From a virus (Duplodnaviria; Caudoviricetes), in the IMG/VR virus record IMGVR_UViG_3300032132_000748: a stretch of 64,000 bases of DNA; one strand, written 5' to 3'. Shown here piece after piece: positions 10,296-20,693 of the stretch; positions within the stretch are counted from its first letter, which is position 1, and each line of letters begins with the position of its first letter. The notes under the pieces are model-generated. The model did not search any database. It was not told where the DNA came from and was given only the letters and a program-made list of their open reading frames with translations. A program made the position numbers and the translations under genes.

Positions 10296-10697
10296 ATGAT
10301 GACATTGAAGGAAACCTTGGATCGCATAACAGAGATACTACGTTGCATTCAATATGCAAACCAATCTAAAGAAGAATTAGTAGGGTTGCTTCAGAATCTA
10401 ATATACCTGGTTGGACAAGTTTTGGTTCAACGAGATACAGCAGCCGAAGAGCTACAAAGATATAACAGCCAACTATGGATATCCCATATAGTCGGAGAGA
10501 TTGAGTGTCCTGAATGCACTACCCGAGGTGATGACGGCAAACTACCAATTGATTTTTTCGTAGGATCTAAGGGCGCTATGGGCCAACCAATTACCGCAGC
10601 TACTCAAGACGAGCTAATAGAACTTTTAGAATTTCCGCCTATTACAAAAGACGATCTGAAAACAAGCCCAATCCCAGATTGCATGCCAGACCTTTAG
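10296..10697 (+). CDS. hypothetical protein (CxxC)
   Basis: TACAAT upstream; 133-aa ORF. Confidence 0.6.
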   Translation: MMTLKETLDRITEILRCIQYANQSKEELVGLLQNLIYLVGQVLVQRDTAAEELQRYNSQLWISHIVGEIECPECTTRGDDGKLPIDFFVGSKGAMGQPITAATQDELIELLEFPPITKDDLKTSPIPDCMPDL

Positions 10698-10742
10698 CTT
10701 TTTATGGGGTGCTTACCTTTACAGATTGGGTATAATTGATGC

Positions 10743-11327
10743 ATGGAAGAATCAGATTTCATTACTAGACATCACATAGATTCTCTGACGCCTTGCAATG
10801 ATCCTAGCACTTTCGAGCTGCTTAATCGTTATAGACACCCTCCAGTCGAGCCAAGACCGCGTCAGGGGCCTCCACAGCAGTTTGCTGGTAGCTTCCCTGT
10901 AGCAGTGCAAGGAAACTCCAACGAAGTCATGTTGGGGCATATGATTGGTCAGCTTCAAGGAACCTTACAAAATCAAAACCAGAGTCAGAAGTCTAATTTT
11001 GACGGGTTTTCGATGAATGTTAATTCTGATATTTTTAAATGGGTTATTCTTTTCATATTTTTAGCCCTACTAGTTTGGGTTGTTTTTAAGATTCAAAAGA
11101 ACAACAACCCAGAAGATAAGCGGCTGAAAAGAATAGAGAGACAACTAAGAAAGCTACGACGTTTTAGTAGAAAAAAGAAAAATCCCCAACCAATTCAGGA
11201 AGAGGATGATTTATTAGCTTTCGATGATCCGTTTGATGATTTTGATGACTATGATGATTCAGACCCAGACTCAGCGCCAGACACCTTCGACGAAGACGTT
11301 GAAGAGTTAGATTTACTAGAAGACTGA
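10743..11327 (+). CDS. single-pass membrane protein with basic then acidic tail
   Basis: TM WVILFIFLALLVWVVF; TATAAT-6nt-ATG. Confidence 0.7.
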   Translation: MEESDFITRHHIDSLTPCNDPSTFELLNRYRHPPVEPRPRQGPPQQFAGSFPVAVQGNSNEVMLGHMIGQLQGTLQNQNQSQKSNFDGFSMNVNSDIFKWVILFIFLALLVWVVFKIQKNNNPEDKRLKRIERQLRKLRRFSRKKKNPQPIQEEDDLLAFDDPFDDFDDYDDSDPDSAPDTFDEDVEELDLLED

Positions 11328-12178
11328 TCAATTTCATCTAGGTTTCTAGATAAACGCATAATAGAGAGAAGATCCTTGAAAAAACTAAATAGTTTTTTCC
11401 CTCTCTGGTGATATTTATCCATATGTTTCTTTTTTGGTAATGATCGGTAGCGAGATTTCCCTTCCTTTTTTATTGGGTGAGGTTTTATTCCCTGCTTAAA
11501 TTGTTTTAAGATCTCTACGAGCTTATTTATGCCATGATTAGCAGATTTGAGAGACAAACTAAGCTTAGTATCCTCACTATTTATAGGATAAGTCGTTTCA
11601 GCAAGAAGCTCTCCCGCGTCTATTTCCTCATTTATATAGTGAATACTTACCCCAGCTTGTTTCTCTCCTTTGTAGAGTTTCCAAAATCCAGGCCAAACTC
11701 CACGATATCCTGGTAGTATACCTGGATGCATATTTATGGTCGCTATTGAGGCCACTTGAATAGCTTCTGTTTTGAGTATTTGATCAAAGTATAGAGAAAC
11801 AACCAGATCCGGCTTTAAGGCTTTAAGTGCTTCAAGACCTTTTCCTTCATTCAGATTTTCTGTATAAATAGTTTTTACGTCATATCGATAGGCCAACTCA
11901 TCCAAGGTTAACCATTGCCGTTTTCTCCACCAATAGAGAAATCCAGAAAAAAACAAACCTATCAAGTGTAGGTAAGAGATGAGCGCTATCAGAACTCCAT
12001 AAAATAGTCCAGATCTCTTCACTCCGTAAATTACATATTTCCAAAAGCTTTTAGTAAGAGGAGAGATGTCGCTTATTACTAAACCAGCGATGTCCAGCTC
12101 TCCTTTACTCCTGAACAGCTTGTTCAAGGCAAACTCCGCAGCCGGATGAAGCTTGGATGTCAAAATAACTATTTTCAT
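11249..12178 (-). CDS. formyltransferase (Fmt/sugar N-formyltransferase N-domain) with hydrophobic insert
   Basis: INMHPGILPGYRG, GVSIHYINEEIDAG, PDLVVS. Confidence 0.85.
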   Translation of the reverse strand: MKIVILTSKLHPAAEFALNKLFRSKGELDIAGLVISDISPLTKSFWKYVIYGVKRSGLFYGVLIALISYLHLIGLFFSGFLYWWRKRQWLTLDELAYRYDVKTIYTENLNEGKGLEALKALKPDLVVSLYFDQILKTEAIQVASIATINMHPGILPGYRGVWPGFWKLYKGEKQAGVSIHYINEEIDAGELLAETTYPINSEDTKLSLSLKSANHGINKLVEILKQFKQGIKPHPIKKEGKSRYRSLPKKKHMDKYHQRGKKLFSFFKDLLSIMRLSRNLDEIDQSSSKSNSSTSSSKVSGAESGSESS

Positions 12179-12225
12179 TTTTGTTCCATACTTTAGTGAC
12201 CCTGTATCTATGGTACAATCCGTCC

Positions 12226-15200
12226 ATGTTAAGTCTAGCTTTGATCGTTAAAAATGAAGAGAAAAACCTGGCACGGTGTTTAGATTCTGTAGCCGGGCTT
12301 TGGGATGAATTAGTTATTGTTGATACCGGATCTACGGATCGAACGGTAGAAATAGCAAAGGAGTATACGGATAACATCCACCATTTTAAGTGGGTGGATC
12401 ATTTCGCTAAAGCTAGAAATTTTTGTTTTAGCAAATGCACTCAACCTTGGGTTATGTGGATTGATGCGGATGATATTTTAAAGCCAGAAGATGTTAAGAA
12501 CATTAGAGAACAATTTCAGGAAATCATAGCCACTAAACCTCACGTAGATTACATTTTAATTAACTATCATTATTGGGTAGACCCACCAAGTGCATCAGGG
12601 ACCCCAAGAGCAACACAACTTCGAGAGCGAATAATCAGAAAAGAAAAGGCTATTTGGACGGGCCGATGCCATGAGCATATTATGATTGATTGGTTGAGGA
12701 GCGAACCGATTAAAGATGCATACGTTTGGCACTTACGCGATGCTCATGATGTTCAGATGGATCAAAACAGAAATATCAAGTTAATGAAATTAGGAATTAA
12801 AGAAGATCCATCAGCCAGAAACCATTTTTACTTGGGAGACGAATTTACAGGAGCAGGACAACGAGAAGAGGCTATAAAAGTCTACAAAAAAGCTTATGAA
12901 CTAGCGACAAATCCCGATCTTCTTTTTCAGGCTGCTTGGAAGATAGGTAAAAGTTATCGAGACAAGGGAAATGTAGCGGCAGACGCAGTAAAAGATTCAA
13001 AGAAGTCTGAAACTTTTCGAAAAAATAAAAACTTCGATAAAGCACTGTACTGGTTTAAGAAATCCTTAGAACACCATATTGCCTATCGTGAACCACTGCT
13101 TGCTATGGCTGGTGTTTACTCTGGAAGAGAGGACTACTCAAAAGCTGCGTTTTGGCTTGAAGCGGCCTTGCAGATAGACAAGCCGGAAAATCCCGCTATG
13201 TGTATTTTAGATAGTAGATATACCTTCGAACCCTATAATGCACTAGCAAAAGCATACTTTAAGATGAAAGAGTATGACAAGGCTGTTGAAGCCACGATGA
13301 AATTATACGAATATACTAAACAGCCCCATCTTTTAGGAGATATTAGCTTAATAAAATCAACAAAAAGAAAAACCTATAAAAGACCTACGAAAACTACTAG
13401 ATTGAATTTAGGTAGTGGACCAAAAACTATAGAGGGTTTCATAAATTGCGATCTATTCCCGGCCCCTGGTGTTGATGAAATATTCAGCATGGATGATATC
13501 CCGTATGCAAATTGCAGTGTCGATGAGATATCCAGTGAGCACGCTCTCGAACACTTACCTAGATTAGACGGAGAAAGAGCCCTCCGAGAAATGGCAAGGG
13601 TTCTTAAAAAGGGCGGGAAACTTACCATCAAAGTTCCTGATCTAGAGGAGTGCTGCCGTAAGTTCCTAGAACGACCTCACTTGCAGGATAGTTGGTATAT
13701 GCACACACTCTATGGAGTGCAGGATTTTAGAGATGATCCTCATAATGTTTTCCCTGAAAAGATTAACTACGGACAAATACACTATACAGGGTTCACTGAA
13801 CAAAGATTTCGGAAGCTCCTTACGGAGAATGGCTTTATTGTAGATAGGATGTGGAAATATGACGGATTCGATACCCCAAGCTTAGGCGTAGAGGCCCATA
13901 TACCCAATATTCCAGAAGCAGAACAGAAGAAAATTGCCTTTATCAACAATACGTTAATGCCAAGATATCTAAGCTATGGGGATTATTGGGTTGATGCCTT
14001 CAAAGCGTCAGGACACTCTGTAACAGAATTTAAATACGAAGAAATATCTACATTATCAGATGAGTATGATATGTATTTCTTTATAGAAGCAGATTATCGA
14101 TATGACCCAGAATCAATTCCGTTACATGCCCATCCAAGAGTGCTCTATACTCAGGAGAACCCCCCTCAAAAACAACTTAGTCACTTTGATCTGATAGCTA
14201 CCCCCTTCATGGATAAGTCAGAGAGTTATGGCAAAGCAGGGCACTCTACGGTAGTGTTATCAAATGATAATCATTTACAGCAAGTAAACACTCTATTAGA
14301 GTTAAATATTGAAAGCCTTAATAGAAAACAACCGGAGATAGTTGCTAAAACTGACACAGTAGACGTTATAATACCAAGCTATAAAAGTTGCAAATATCTG
14401 AAACTGGCTGTTGAATCAGTTAGGAGAAATAGTAAAAACTATAACTTAATAGTAGTTAATAGCGGCGATGACTCAGAGACACGAGAGTGGCTACAAAAAC
14501 AAGATGATATTCATTTAATAGATTCAATTGAAAGAATGAGTTTTAGCCAAGCAGTTAATAAGGGGATAAGAAGAAGTTCCAATGACGTAGTAATACTAAA
14601 TAATGATACTATTGTTGGTAAAGATTGGCTAAAGAATTTGAGAACAAGCCCTTTTGATATAACTAATCCTTATAGCAACTGTGACGTTGGCTGGATCCAT
14701 AACAGAATTCTCAATGTTGACGGAGTGGACTTAAAGCCCGATATGACTGTCGATGATGTCAATGTGGAAGCTTTGTATGAAACAGGTAGCCCTCATGTTG
14801 ATACTCGTAATAGAGATTGGGTTGCTTTTTACGCTACTTATATAAAAAGAGAAGTAATAAACGCTACTGGATTACTTGATGAGAAATTTATAAATGGAGG
14901 CGAAGATTTTGATTATTGCCGCCGAGCAAATTTATACGGTTTTACTTGTGGCCATGTATTCTCTAGTTGGGTCTTCCATTTTGGCGGGAAAACAAGAAAA
15001 GTAAGTGAAAATGATAATTATGTTCAACACCATGAAGAAGATAAGTTAAATCAAAAATATATGCACCACAAAGCCAAGGAGACTGTAGTTATTTATACAG
15101 GTCCAGCTTGGGAATCATGGACTGTTGAGAATATCAATACTACAGGTATTGGAGGGTCTGAGACTTGTGCTGCTCTGTTGGCCAAACAATTTGTAGAAAA

Positions 15201-16143
15201 GGGGTATAGATGTGTTCTTATAGGTGATTGCAAAGATTCTGAAGGAACTTACGACGGAGTAGAGTATTTACACCACACTAAATTCGAGGAATTTAAGTGG
15301 GAGAATTACGTAAACTACTTTATCAGCAGTAGAAAAGTAGGACCCCTATCGCATCAGATAGAAAATGGGAAAAATTATGTGTGGTCCCACGATATTTTTA
15401 TTCCTGAGTGTCGAGGACAATATCCTCCAAACGCAGAAAAAATAACTAAGTTTGTGTGTCTATCTCCTTGGCATGTCGATTTCTTTAGTCAACACCACAG
15501 AGTTGATAAATCAGATATCTACATTCAAGGCAACGGGCTGGATATTTCTCGCTATGAAACCGCAGACCAGGTAGAGAAAGATCCCTACAGATTAATCTAT
15601 AGTTCCAGCCCAGATAGAGGGCTTATCCACCTATTGAGAATGGTCCCTAGATGGCGAGAAGAGTTCCCAGAACTTACCCTCCATGTGTTTTATGGTTTTG
15701 ATAACTGGAAAAAAGCAGTTAAGCATAGAAATAACCCGTCAGAGATGGCTCACATGGAAGAGGTGGAAAGAGGTCTTAAGCAGCCCGGCGTTCACTATCA
15801 TGGGCGCATCTCTCAAAAACAGCTTGCCGATGAACAAATGAAGTCTTCTCTCTGGGTTTACCCCACAGAGTTTACTGAAACATATTGTATTACAGCTAAC
15901 GAAGCTATGCTTAGCGGCTGCGTACCTGTATGCACCACCCTAGCCGCTCTAGAAACTACTGTGCCGGATGATTGTGGGGTTAAGGTCAGCAGCCCCGAAG
16001 AATGTTTTGAGGCCACTGCAGACCTCCTAAGGCATCCTGATAAGCTTGAAGCTTACAGGAAGCGCGGAAGAGAGCATGTAATGAAAAACTGTAATTGGGA
16101 TTCGACAGTTGAAAATTGGATCAAGATGTTTAAAAATACATGA
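12226..16143 (+). CDS. multidomain glycosyltransferase: GT2 + TPR + SAM methyltransferase + GT2 + GT-B (start revised to MLSL)
   Basis: IVKNEE/VDTGSTD/IDADD; TPR-like helices; LNLGSG...HALEHL; VIIPSY...LNNDT; GGSET...YSSSPDRGL...ETYCITANEA; TACAAT-6nt-ATG. Confidence 0.9.
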   Translation: MLSLALIVKNEEKNLARCLDSVAGLWDELVIVDTGSTDRTVEIAKEYTDNIHHFKWVDHFAKARNFCFSKCTQPWVMWIDADDILKPEDVKNIREQFQEIIATKPHVDYILINYHYWVDPPSASGTPRATQLRERIIRKEKAIWTGRCHEHIMIDWLRSEPIKDAYVWHLRDAHDVQMDQNRNIKLMKLGIKEDPSARNHFYLGDEFTGAGQREEAIKVYKKAYELATNPDLLFQAAWKIGKSYRDKGNVAADAVKDSKKSETFRKNKNFDKALYWFKKSLEHHIAYREPLLAMAGVYSGREDYSKAAFWLEAALQIDKPENPAMCILDSRYTFEPYNALAKAYFKMKEYDKAVEATMKLYEYTKQPHLLGDISLIKSTKRKTYKRPTKTTRLNLGSGPKTIEGFINCDLFPAPGVDEIFSMDDIPYANCSVDEISSEHALEHLPRLDGERALREMARVLKKGGKLTIKVPDLEECCRKFLERPHLQDSWYMHTLYGVQDFRDDPHNVFPEKINYGQIHYTGFTEQRFRKLLTENGFIVDRMWKYDGFDTPSLGVEAHIPNIPEAEQKKIAFINNTLMPRYLSYGDYWVDAFKASGHSVTEFKYEEISTLSDEYDMYFFIEADYRYDPESIPLHAHPRVLYTQENPPQKQLSHFDLIATPFMDKSESYGKAGHSTVVLSNDNHLQQVNTLLELNIESLNRKQPEIVAKTDTVDVIIPSYKSCKYLKLAVESVRRNSKNYNLIVVNSGDDSETREWLQKQDDIHLIDSIERMSFSQAVNKGIRRSSNDVVILNNDTIVGKDWLKNLRTSPFDITNPYSNCDVGWIHNRILNVDGVDLKPDMTVDDVNVEALYETGSPHVDTRNRDWVAFYATYIKREVINATGLLDEKFINGGEDFDYCRRANLYGFTCGHVFSSWVFHFGGKTRKVSENDNYVQHHEEDKLNQKYMHHKAKETVVIYTGPAWESWTVENINTTGIGGSETCAALLAKQFVEKGYRCVLIGDCKDSEGTYDGVEYLHHTKFEEFKWENYVNYFISSRKVGPLSHQIENGKNYVWSHDIFIPECRGQYPPNAEKITKFVCLSPWHVDFFSQHHRVDKSDIYIQGNGLDISRYETADQVEKDPYRLIYSSSPDRGLIHLLRMVPRWREEFPELTLHVFYGFDNWKKAVKHRNNPSEMAHMEEVERGLKQPGVHYHGRISQKQLADEQMKSSLWVYPTEFTETYCITANEAMLSGCVPVCTTLAALETTVPDDCGVKVSSPEECFEATADLLRHPDKLEAYRKRGREHVMKNCNWDSTVENWIKMFKNT

Positions 16144-16164
16144 TATAATACGGAAGGAGATATT

Positions 16165-16683
16165 ATGCGACCACAATCATCCGCCTTTAGGCCCCAAACA
16201 TACAAAGACTGGCTAAATGAAGTTAATTTTTCATCTAAACCCCAGGAGATGGTTCAGGCTGGGCTAATGGCTGGAAAACTTGCCCCAAATAAACAGACTG
16301 CTCAACACGATCTAGCACTAGTTCTTGCAGAGAAATATCGGCAAGAAGTTCAACGTGCTCGCGGAAACTCCATGGTTGTTAAAAGCATCAAGGCTAAATT
16401 CGATGAAGTAGCTAGAGATTTATTCAAAAGCAAGTTTTCCTCAATGCTAAACTACGTTATGCAGAATGAACCAAGCTTTGACCCACAAGCTTCGAGAGCC
16501 GCTAAAGGGGTGGCCTTAGGTTTTATAGGAGCAAAAACTACTCGTGATTCTGACGGACGTGTAAGAAATCCTCTAGGTTTCATAAAGAAGCCTTCAGGCA
16601 AAGGAGCAGGAGGAAAAGCTGCTCCGGGACTAGGATTTCTTGAGGAAGATAATTCCACAAATGGTTCGTTAGGTTTCTTATAA
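16165..16683 (+). CDS. hypothetical protein with four LGF motifs
   Basis: TATAAT plus GAAGGAG SD; ALGF, PLGF, GLGF, SLGFL-stop. Confidence 0.7.
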   Translation: MRPQSSAFRPQTYKDWLNEVNFSSKPQEMVQAGLMAGKLAPNKQTAQHDLALVLAEKYRQEVQRARGNSMVVKSIKAKFDEVARDLFKSKFSSMLNYVMQNEPSFDPQASRAAKGVALGFIGAKTTRDSDGRVRNPLGFIKKPSGKGAGGKAAPGLGFLEEDNSTNGSLGFL

Positions 16684-16690
16684 TACATAT

Positions 16691-17080
16691 ATGTATTGTA
16701 AGCCGATACCCATTACTGAATGGAAAACCATTAAACGAGGACCTTACAGGGTAATTGTTGCCAAAACTCCCTGCGAGAAGCAGCAAGGATTGCAGGGCGC
16801 AAAGAAATTACCACGTAAGACCATATTGTTTTTTATGGGTATTCGACCCAATATATTCTTTCACACCAGAAATTGCCAGTTTCCGATAGATATTATCCCA
16901 CTCACTAGTGGAGGTAGGGTGCTTTCTATCTGGGGAGCCTACCCTGGGGCAAATTTCATTGGCCCCACCCCTCCAGGAACATTTAATGTTGTTGAGGCAC
17001 CACTTGGTTGGGCTGAGAAAAACAAAATAAAGGTAGGAGACGTTCTATCTATGTTCGCGGTTGGGTATTGCTTTAAGTAG
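16691..17080 (+). CDS. DUF192-like protein
   Basis: VAKTP.EKQQGL, FHTRNCQFPIDII, VVEAPLGW, IKVGD. Confidence 0.75.
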   Translation: MYCKPIPITEWKTIKRGPYRVIVAKTPCEKQQGLQGAKKLPRKTILFFMGIRPNIFFHTRNCQFPIDIIPLTSGGRVLSIWGAYPGANFIGPTPPGTFNVVEAPLGWAEKNKIKVGDVLSMFAVGYCFK

Positions 17081-17101
17081 TTCCGGTGCTATTATTTATG
17101 C

Positions 17102-17923
17102 ATGAGCCTAACTTATCCTTCTAAGACACACCCCTCGGATAATTTTGATCTTATTGATTACAGATATGTGCTAGGGAGGGATAATTACACCTGCCGTTCC
17201 TGCGTATCTGAAATTCAGAATTCGAATTATTGTTTCCTTAAGGTTGATCCGAATGCAGAGGCTGACGCCTCAAATATCGGATTAGTGTGTAATGCTTGTT
17301 ATGAAAATTATTTGCGTCCGCTAGCACATCCCTCAGATTTTAATGGACACCTAATTGCCATTACGGGACCTATGTATGCCGAAAAAACAACTACTAGCGA
17401 ATCTTATTACTGTAATTATGGTATTAAATATAAAAAACAAGCCTGGATAAAGCCTGATAGAGACGATCGATCAAAAGATAGTATTACACACAGTGGAAGA
17501 GTAATACCTTCACAAATAATAAGCGCAGACAGACCCGATCAGCATGTTGATCATCTTAAAGATTACGAGGTTATTGTCATCGATGAAACTCAGTTCTTTA
17601 GCGAAAGGATTATATATTTAATACATCAGTTGCTTAGGAACGGCTGTTTAGTTATCATAAACGGATTAAAATTAACCGCAAAGAGAGACTTTTTTGGTGT
17701 TATGCATTATTTATTGGCCGAAGCTGATGAAATAGTAAGCTTGCGGGCGGTATGTAATATTTGTATGCGAATTAATTGTGCCACACGAACAAAAAGTTTT
17801 GAAATTAACCCCCCTACGGTAAATACCGGAGGGGTGGACAAGTACTATGCCGTATGTCCGGCATGTGACGGAGGGGATGATGAAAAACAATTCATTAAAC
17901 AAGCGATTCAAACCAGAGGATAA
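17102..17923 (+). CDS. tdk: thymidine kinase with N-terminal HNH-like zinc ribbon
   Basis: ITGPMYAEKTT, KPDRDDR, THSG, VIDETQFF, AVCNIC, GGVDKYYAVCPAC; N-terminal RDNYTCRSC...LVCNAC. Confidence 0.85.
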   Translation: MSLTYPSKTHPSDNFDLIDYRYVLGRDNYTCRSCVSEIQNSNYCFLKVDPNAEADASNIGLVCNACYENYLRPLAHPSDFNGHLIAITGPMYAEKTTTSESYYCNYGIKYKKQAWIKPDRDDRSKDSITHSGRVIPSQIISADRPDQHVDHLKDYEVIVIDETQFFSERIIYLIHQLLRNGCLVIINGLKLTAKRDFFGVMHYLLAEADEIVSLRAVCNICMRINCATRTKSFEINPPTVNTGGVDKYYAVCPACDGGDDEKQFIKQAIQTRG

Positions 17924-18062
17924 CTACAACTGGGACTCTAAGAAATACTTAGAGGACTGTATTCAGTTATGCAAAGAGACTCTAGAATTCGATTTAGTTA
18001 GGACACACGGCAAGACCCCGAATAATTTTCTGTACAAGTTGAATCAGCTAGCTGATAAGTAG
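17877..18062 (+). CDS. small hypothetical protein
   Basis: GGAGGG before an in-frame ATG; fills the gap after tdk. Confidence 0.4.
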   Translation: MMKNNSLNKRFKPEDNYNWDSKKYLEDCIQLCKETLEFDLVRTHGKTPNNFLYKLNQLADK

Positions 18063-18097
18063 ATCTTATGATATAATTTCGTTTAGAGACATATCAT

Positions 18098-19054
18098 ATG
18101 GTTGACACTAAAAAATTAAAAGAAGTCTCGGCAACTTTCTCAGCAACTGCCGCGTCACCAGGCTCATTCCCTGCAGCCGTAGCCGATGGTGCTCCACAGG
18201 TCCTTACTGTATCTTCGGTAGGTGTTCAGTGGGTTTCTTTTGCATCAGAGGACGGTAGTGTTACGCTATCCGTGGTTGCAGATCAAGATCCCGCACCAGC
18301 TACACCTACCGGGTTATTCGTAGAGGGTATTTATCGGGCTACGTTACCTACATACACAGACGGCGACGCCGCAGTAATGCATTTCGATAGTCGCGGAAGA
18401 CTATTAGTTTCTCCTGGAGAAACGGGATTATCTGCCGATGTCGATATAGATCAAGCAGCCGGTCCTGCAACTCCAACAGGTATTTACCAGATTGGTAAAA
18501 GAGAAGCGACGCTACCTGCTTACGCTGATGGAGAAAACTCAGTATTTCACTTCGATTCTCGCGGTAGACTGATTGTTACAGCCGTTGATCTCACTTCTGG
18601 ATCCGAAGTAAGTATATCAACCGAAGATTCCGCTGGACCCACCAATCCTGTTGGAAACTTTCCTCTCGGATTATTTAGAACGGCATTACCTACATATACT
18701 GATGGTGACGCCGCTAATATGCATTTCAGTGCTGCAGGTCGTCTATTAACCTCAGATTCCGGTGTAACATCAGGAACAGGAACAACATCAACAGTAGCAG
18801 GAGCGGCTGCAAGCACTTCCTTGCTAGCTTCAAATGCAGCAAGATTAGGAGCTACTTTCTTTAACGACCAGCCGACGGATGGCACAGGAGAGATACTCTT
18901 TCTTTTGTTAGACGCTGCTGTAGCCTCAACAACAAACTACACTGTTCAGATGGCTCCAAACACTTATTATGAAGTCCCTTTTGGTTATACCGGAGAGATT
19001 CGTGGTATTTGGGGTGCTGCTATAGGCGATGTAAGAGTAACGGAGCTAACATAA
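18098..19054 (+). CDS. Ala/Gly/Thr-rich repeat protein, probably a virion fibre or surface protein
   Basis: three imperfect repeats (ATLPTYTDGD..MHFDSRGRLLV); C-terminal beta domain GYTGEIRGIW. Confidence 0.7.
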   Translation: MVDTKKLKEVSATFSATAASPGSFPAAVADGAPQVLTVSSVGVQWVSFASEDGSVTLSVVADQDPAPATPTGLFVEGIYRATLPTYTDGDAAVMHFDSRGRLLVSPGETGLSADVDIDQAAGPATPTGIYQIGKREATLPAYADGENSVFHFDSRGRLIVTAVDLTSGSEVSISTEDSAGPTNPVGNFPLGLFRTALPTYTDGDAANMHFSAAGRLLTSDSGVTSGTGTTSTVAGAAASTSLLASNAARLGATFFNDQPTDGTGEILFLLLDAAVASTTNYTVQMAPNTYYEVPFGYTGEIRGIWGAAIGDVRVTELT

Positions 19055-19055
19055 T

Positions 19056-19535
19056 ATGCCTTTGACAACGTCAACCCAACTACCTTTTCCAATCTCTGAT
19101 GACACTACAGCGTCAGCAACTTATCGAGCCGCTCTGAGCTTCACAGCACCTTCAGGGCAATTTTTAGAACTTCGAGGTTCTGGATCAAGCATCTCTACCA
19201 TAACTAAAGTAGTGGTTGAGTTGGGAGCAAGCGATACCCTTACGGTTACGAAGCAATCCGCAGCTAGCACTGGCGGAACCTCAAGTGACGCAACTAATGT
19301 TCCTTTGGATGCAACAAATGCTGCCGCTAATATGGTCGTTAGAACTTATACTGCGGCTTCAACAGCAGGCGCTGCTGTAGGTGATATTGCTGTTTTAATC
19401 GGAACTAGTTTTATTTTTGATTTTGGCTCGGGTAGTAAACAAGGAGTTATGTTAAATGCAGCCACCGAAACCCTTGGATTTGACCTAGCTACTGGCACCA
19501 CAGTCACTGGGTATGTAGAGTGGACAGAAGCTTAA
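19056..19535 (+). CDS. Ser/Thr/Ala-rich beta protein, probably structural
   Basis: directly follows the repeat protein; ends GYVEWTEA. Confidence 0.6.
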   Translation: MPLTTSTQLPFPISDDTTASATYRAALSFTAPSGQFLELRGSGSSISTITKVVVELGASDTLTVTKQSAASTGGTSSDATNVPLDATNAAANMVVRTYTAASTAGAAVGDIAVLIGTSFIFDFGSGSKQGVMLNAATETLGFDLATGTTVTGYVEWTEA

Positions 19536-19582
19536 ATGTCCGCCAATTAGAATTTACTTCATAACTAGTTATAATTTAGAGT

Positions 19583-20656
19583 ATGGACTACTACGAAATC
19601 TTAGGTGTAGCTCCCGATGCCTCCATCGAGGACATCAGGAAAGCCTATAAAAATAAGGCAAAAGAGTGGCACCCTGATAAACCATCAGGATCTGTGCAAA
19701 AATTCAAGAAACTGGGTAGTGCATACAAAATACTCAATGACGAGGATTCTCGAAAAGCCTACGACCGTAGGATGAGAAATACCCAATCAAATTTTGCCAG
19801 CAGATTTTCTAAGGTGGCTACTGCAGCTTCGACCACTGCCAAAAAGGTCATGAATGATTTTGTTGATGAAGGATTATTTGATACCCTCGATAAATTTTTA
19901 GGTCGTCAAAAAGAACCTAATAATGTAGAAATGGGGATACAGATCACGCTTGAAGAGCTTTACGAAGGGGCTGACAAGACCGTTCGATTTAAACGCCACG
20001 AATTGTGCGAGACGTGCCATGGCCATGGAGCAGAGAAACGTGAAGATATCAAAGTATGTGTCGAATGTTACGGCCTAGGGCATGTGGTATCGAATCTCGC
20101 TGCACTCTTTACCAAAGAAGATTGTAAAAAGTGTAAAGGTACTGGAAGAATCATTCTTAAAAAATGTTCTGAATGTCGAGGAAAGGGAGAATGCAAATAT
20201 CAGAGAGAATTTACTTTTGGCATTCCTAAGGATTTAAACCTTGGAAAAGAAAAAGATAAGCTGGTCTTACCAGAAGAAGGGGAGTATGGAGGAGATTTAC
20301 TAATTAAGGTAAATCTAAAACCACATAAATACTATGAAATAGATTGGCCCAACTTGTCAATCGATCTACCTATAAAATTCTACCAAGCTATTTTAGGTGA
20401 TCATCTGGAAATAGATTCTATGAGAGGATCTGCTATCTTTAAAATTCCTGCAGGAACACAACACGGAGATACCATCATATTAAAGGGTTACGGACTTAGA
20501 CAGAATCAAAAAGAGGGCGGAATAAAGTTCGGAGATTTGTACATTAAAATTCTAATATCTGTTCCTAAGAAGATAAATAAAAAACAAAAAATTCTCCTAG
20601 AGGATTACAGGAATTCTGATCAGAGCGCCAAGAAGCTCAAGCCAAAAAAGAAGTAA
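19583..20656 (+). CDS. dnaJ: DnaJ chaperone (class A)
   Basis: DYYEILGV, HPD, four CxxCxGxG motifs, C-terminal GDLYI. Confidence 0.93.
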   Translation: MDYYEILGVAPDASIEDIRKAYKNKAKEWHPDKPSGSVQKFKKLGSAYKILNDEDSRKAYDRRMRNTQSNFASRFSKVATAASTTAKKVMNDFVDEGLFDTLDKFLGRQKEPNNVEMGIQITLEELYEGADKTVRFKRHELCETCHGHGAEKREDIKVCVECYGLGHVVSNLAALFTKEDCKKCKGTGRIILKKCSECRGKGECKYQREFTFGIPKDLNLGKEKDKLVLPEEGEYGGDLLIKVNLKPHKYYEIDWPNLSIDLPIKFYQAILGDHLEIDSMRGSAIFKIPAGTQHGDTIILKGYGLRQNQKEGGIKFGDLYIKILISVPKKINKKQKILLEDYRNSDQSAKKLKPKKK

Positions 20657-20693
20657 ACCTTGACAGGTTAACTGGTTATGCTAAAACCATTAT

